Shown: positions 61,414 through 62,525 of the stretch, one piece after another
Position numbering within the stretch: position 1 is the stretch's first letter
Layout: each line of letters starts with the position of its first letter
Assembly (NCBI GenBank): GCA_964481175.1
Contig: CAYZSZ010000002.1
Location: 1 to 62,525 of the forward strand
Reading direction: 5' to 3'
Length of the DNA stretch: 62,525 nucleotides
From: an uncultured Candidatus Saccharibacteria bacterium
GTDB taxonomy: Bacteria > Patescibacteriota > Minisyncoccia > Phycocordibacterales > PALSA-1337
Made by a program: the position numbers and the translations under genes
Notes under the pieces: model-generated
Databases searched by the model: none
The model's input: the letters and a program-made list of their open reading frames with translations, nothing else
What the model was told of the DNA's origin: nothing

Positions 61414-62445
61414 ATGACCCGACATAAGCCACATGTCCAAAATATATACGCCATTGTAATAGGTGTATTTATTTTATGTGTGATAACTTTGATTCAGTAT
61501 TCTTTGATTCCAGAAAAGGTAGTCGAAGCACCACAAAAAGAAAAGTACACATACATCCCTCAGTTTGTTGTTCTTTCTTTTGATGGGTCAAAATCTATTG
61601 CTATGTGGAAGAAGACAAGAACATTTGCAAAAGAAATGGCGGCCAGCTCTACACCTGTGCACTTTACCTACTTTGTAAACTCAGTATATTTCATCACCAA
61701 AGAAGAAGGAGATTTGTACCAAGGTCCACGACATCTTCCTGGCCAAACGCCAATCGGTTTTTCTGGTAGCAAAACCGAAACCGCAGAGCGTATCAACCAG
61801 ATCAACCTCGCTATCTCCGAAGGTCACGAAATCGGTTCTCATGCAGCAGGGCACTTTGCAGGCGGAGACTGGACGGTAGCAGAATGGACACACGAATTTG
61901 ATGTGTTCAATGCACTTCTTTTCAGGGATCCATCACTCAACCTTTCAGAAAAAGATATTATCGGCTTCCGAGCTCCAGAGCTCTCTGTAAATGACAATAT
62001 GTATGCGCTTTTACACGAGCGTGGCTTTAGATACGATGCAAGCGGTGTGGCAAAAGGAGACAAGTGGCCAGTCAAAGACAAACGGGGAATATGGAGATAC
62101 CCGCTCGGCACGATATTTCTCGGAGTATACCGTCGACCGACGCTCGCTATGGACTACAACATCTGGATGTACCAAAAAGAAAACATTCAGCAAAACTGGA
62201 CCCAAAATCTCCAAGACGTAGTAGCTGGGTACACAGAATATTTTGAGAAAAACTATACGGGGGATAGGGCACCAGTCATCATCGGTCATCATTTTTCTAC
62301 TTGGAATGACAATGTGTACTGGGAAGCGATGAAAACATTTGCGCGAGATGTCTGTGGACGACCACAAGTGCGCTGTGTAAACTTTCGAGAGCTCACTGAC
62401 TATCTCGATGAATATGGCGTGCCAGAACTCGTAAAAAAGCCATAA
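61414..62445 (+). CDS. polysaccharide deacetylase (NodB-like) family protein
   Basis: 343 aa. An N-terminal TM helix is followed by ..VVLSFDGS.. and ..HEIGSHAAGH.. metal-binding-type motifs. Confidence 0.65.
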   Translation: MTRHKPHVQNIYAIVIGVFILCVITLIQYSLIPEKVVEAPQKEKYTYIPQFVVLSFDGSKSIAMWKKTRTFAKEMAASSTPVHFTYFVNSVYFITKEEGDLYQGPRHLPGQTPIGFSGSKTETAERINQINLAISEGHEIGSHAAGHFAGGDWTVAEWTHEFDVFNALLFRDPSLNLSEKDIIGFRAPELSVNDNMYALLHERGFRYDASGVAKGDKWPVKDKRGIWRYPLGTIFLGVYRRPTLAMDYNIWMYQKENIQQNWTQNLQDVVAGYTEYFEKNYTGDRAPVIIGHHFSTWNDNVYWEAMKTFARDVCGRPQVRCVNFRELTDYLDEYGVPELVKKP

Positions 62446-62474
62446 CTGTGTTATAAATTTGGAGTGTTACATAT

Positions 62475-62525
62475 GGTGGCTATGGTGTAGCGGTTAGCAC
62501 TAGAGTTTGTGGAACTCTCAGTTCG
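62475..62525 (+). tRNA. tRNA-His (GUG), 3' part cut by window end
   Basis: G-GTGGCTA-TG-GTGTAGCGGTTAGCAC-T-AGAGT-TTGTGGA-ACTCT-CAG-TTCG... An extra 5' G, typical of tRNA-His, is present. Confidence 0.8.

Overview
This 62.5 kb window looks like a reduced-genome bacterium, most consistent with Patescibacteria/CPR. That assignment is an inference from gene content: many shortened housekeeping proteins, a T4SS-like operon plus type IV pilus genes, and no tRNA with an encoded CCA. GC is about 40% by eye and the standard genetic code fits the ORFs.

Housekeeping content:
- The chromosomal origin neighbourhood is present: yidC-rnpA-rpmH divergent from dnaA-dnaN.
- DNA repair and replication genes are dense: xth, xer recombinase, UvrD/PcrA-type helicase, ruvA/B/C/X, mutM, polA, a holA-like gene and a comM/yifB-like gene.
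- Cell-wall genes include PBP1A, a Mur ligase, an amidase and an M23/LysM peptidase.
- Ribosomal proteins S15, S20, L19 and L34 are present. L34 is below the ORF-track length cutoff.
- Ten tRNA genes are readable, two of them cut by the window edges.

Features worth a second look:
1. An 11-gene, translationally coupled T4SS-like operon (11.8-23.4 kb). It has VirB4-, VirB3/PrgI-, VirB6- and VirB2-like parts, but no relaxase or coupling protein.
2. A roughly 5.4-6.2 kb integrative island lying between tRNA-Arg(UCU) and tRNA-Val(UAC). It ends in a large serine recombinase whose stop codon overlaps the tRNA-Val 3' end.
3. Cargo on that island: a TerS-like HTH protein, a GC-rich orphan ORF, and a SEC-C zinc motif plus RNxxxH (HEPN-like) protein divergent from a 3-TM protein. 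The spacer between the last two is structured and repeat-bearing. This is my best candidate for an undescribed defence or abortive-infection module.
4. Several short, visibly GC-rich single-gene cassettes with their own near-consensus promoters and GC-clamped terminators: a lipoprotein at 35.3 kb, gmk at 47.4 kb, and island ORFs.
5. Two orphan structured non-coding regions, at 2.3-2.6 kb and 33.36-33.51 kb.
6. A putative phospholipid head-group remodelling pair (PmtA-like methyltransferase plus PAP2_C-like membrane enzyme).

All functional calls come from motif recognition by eye. No database search was run.
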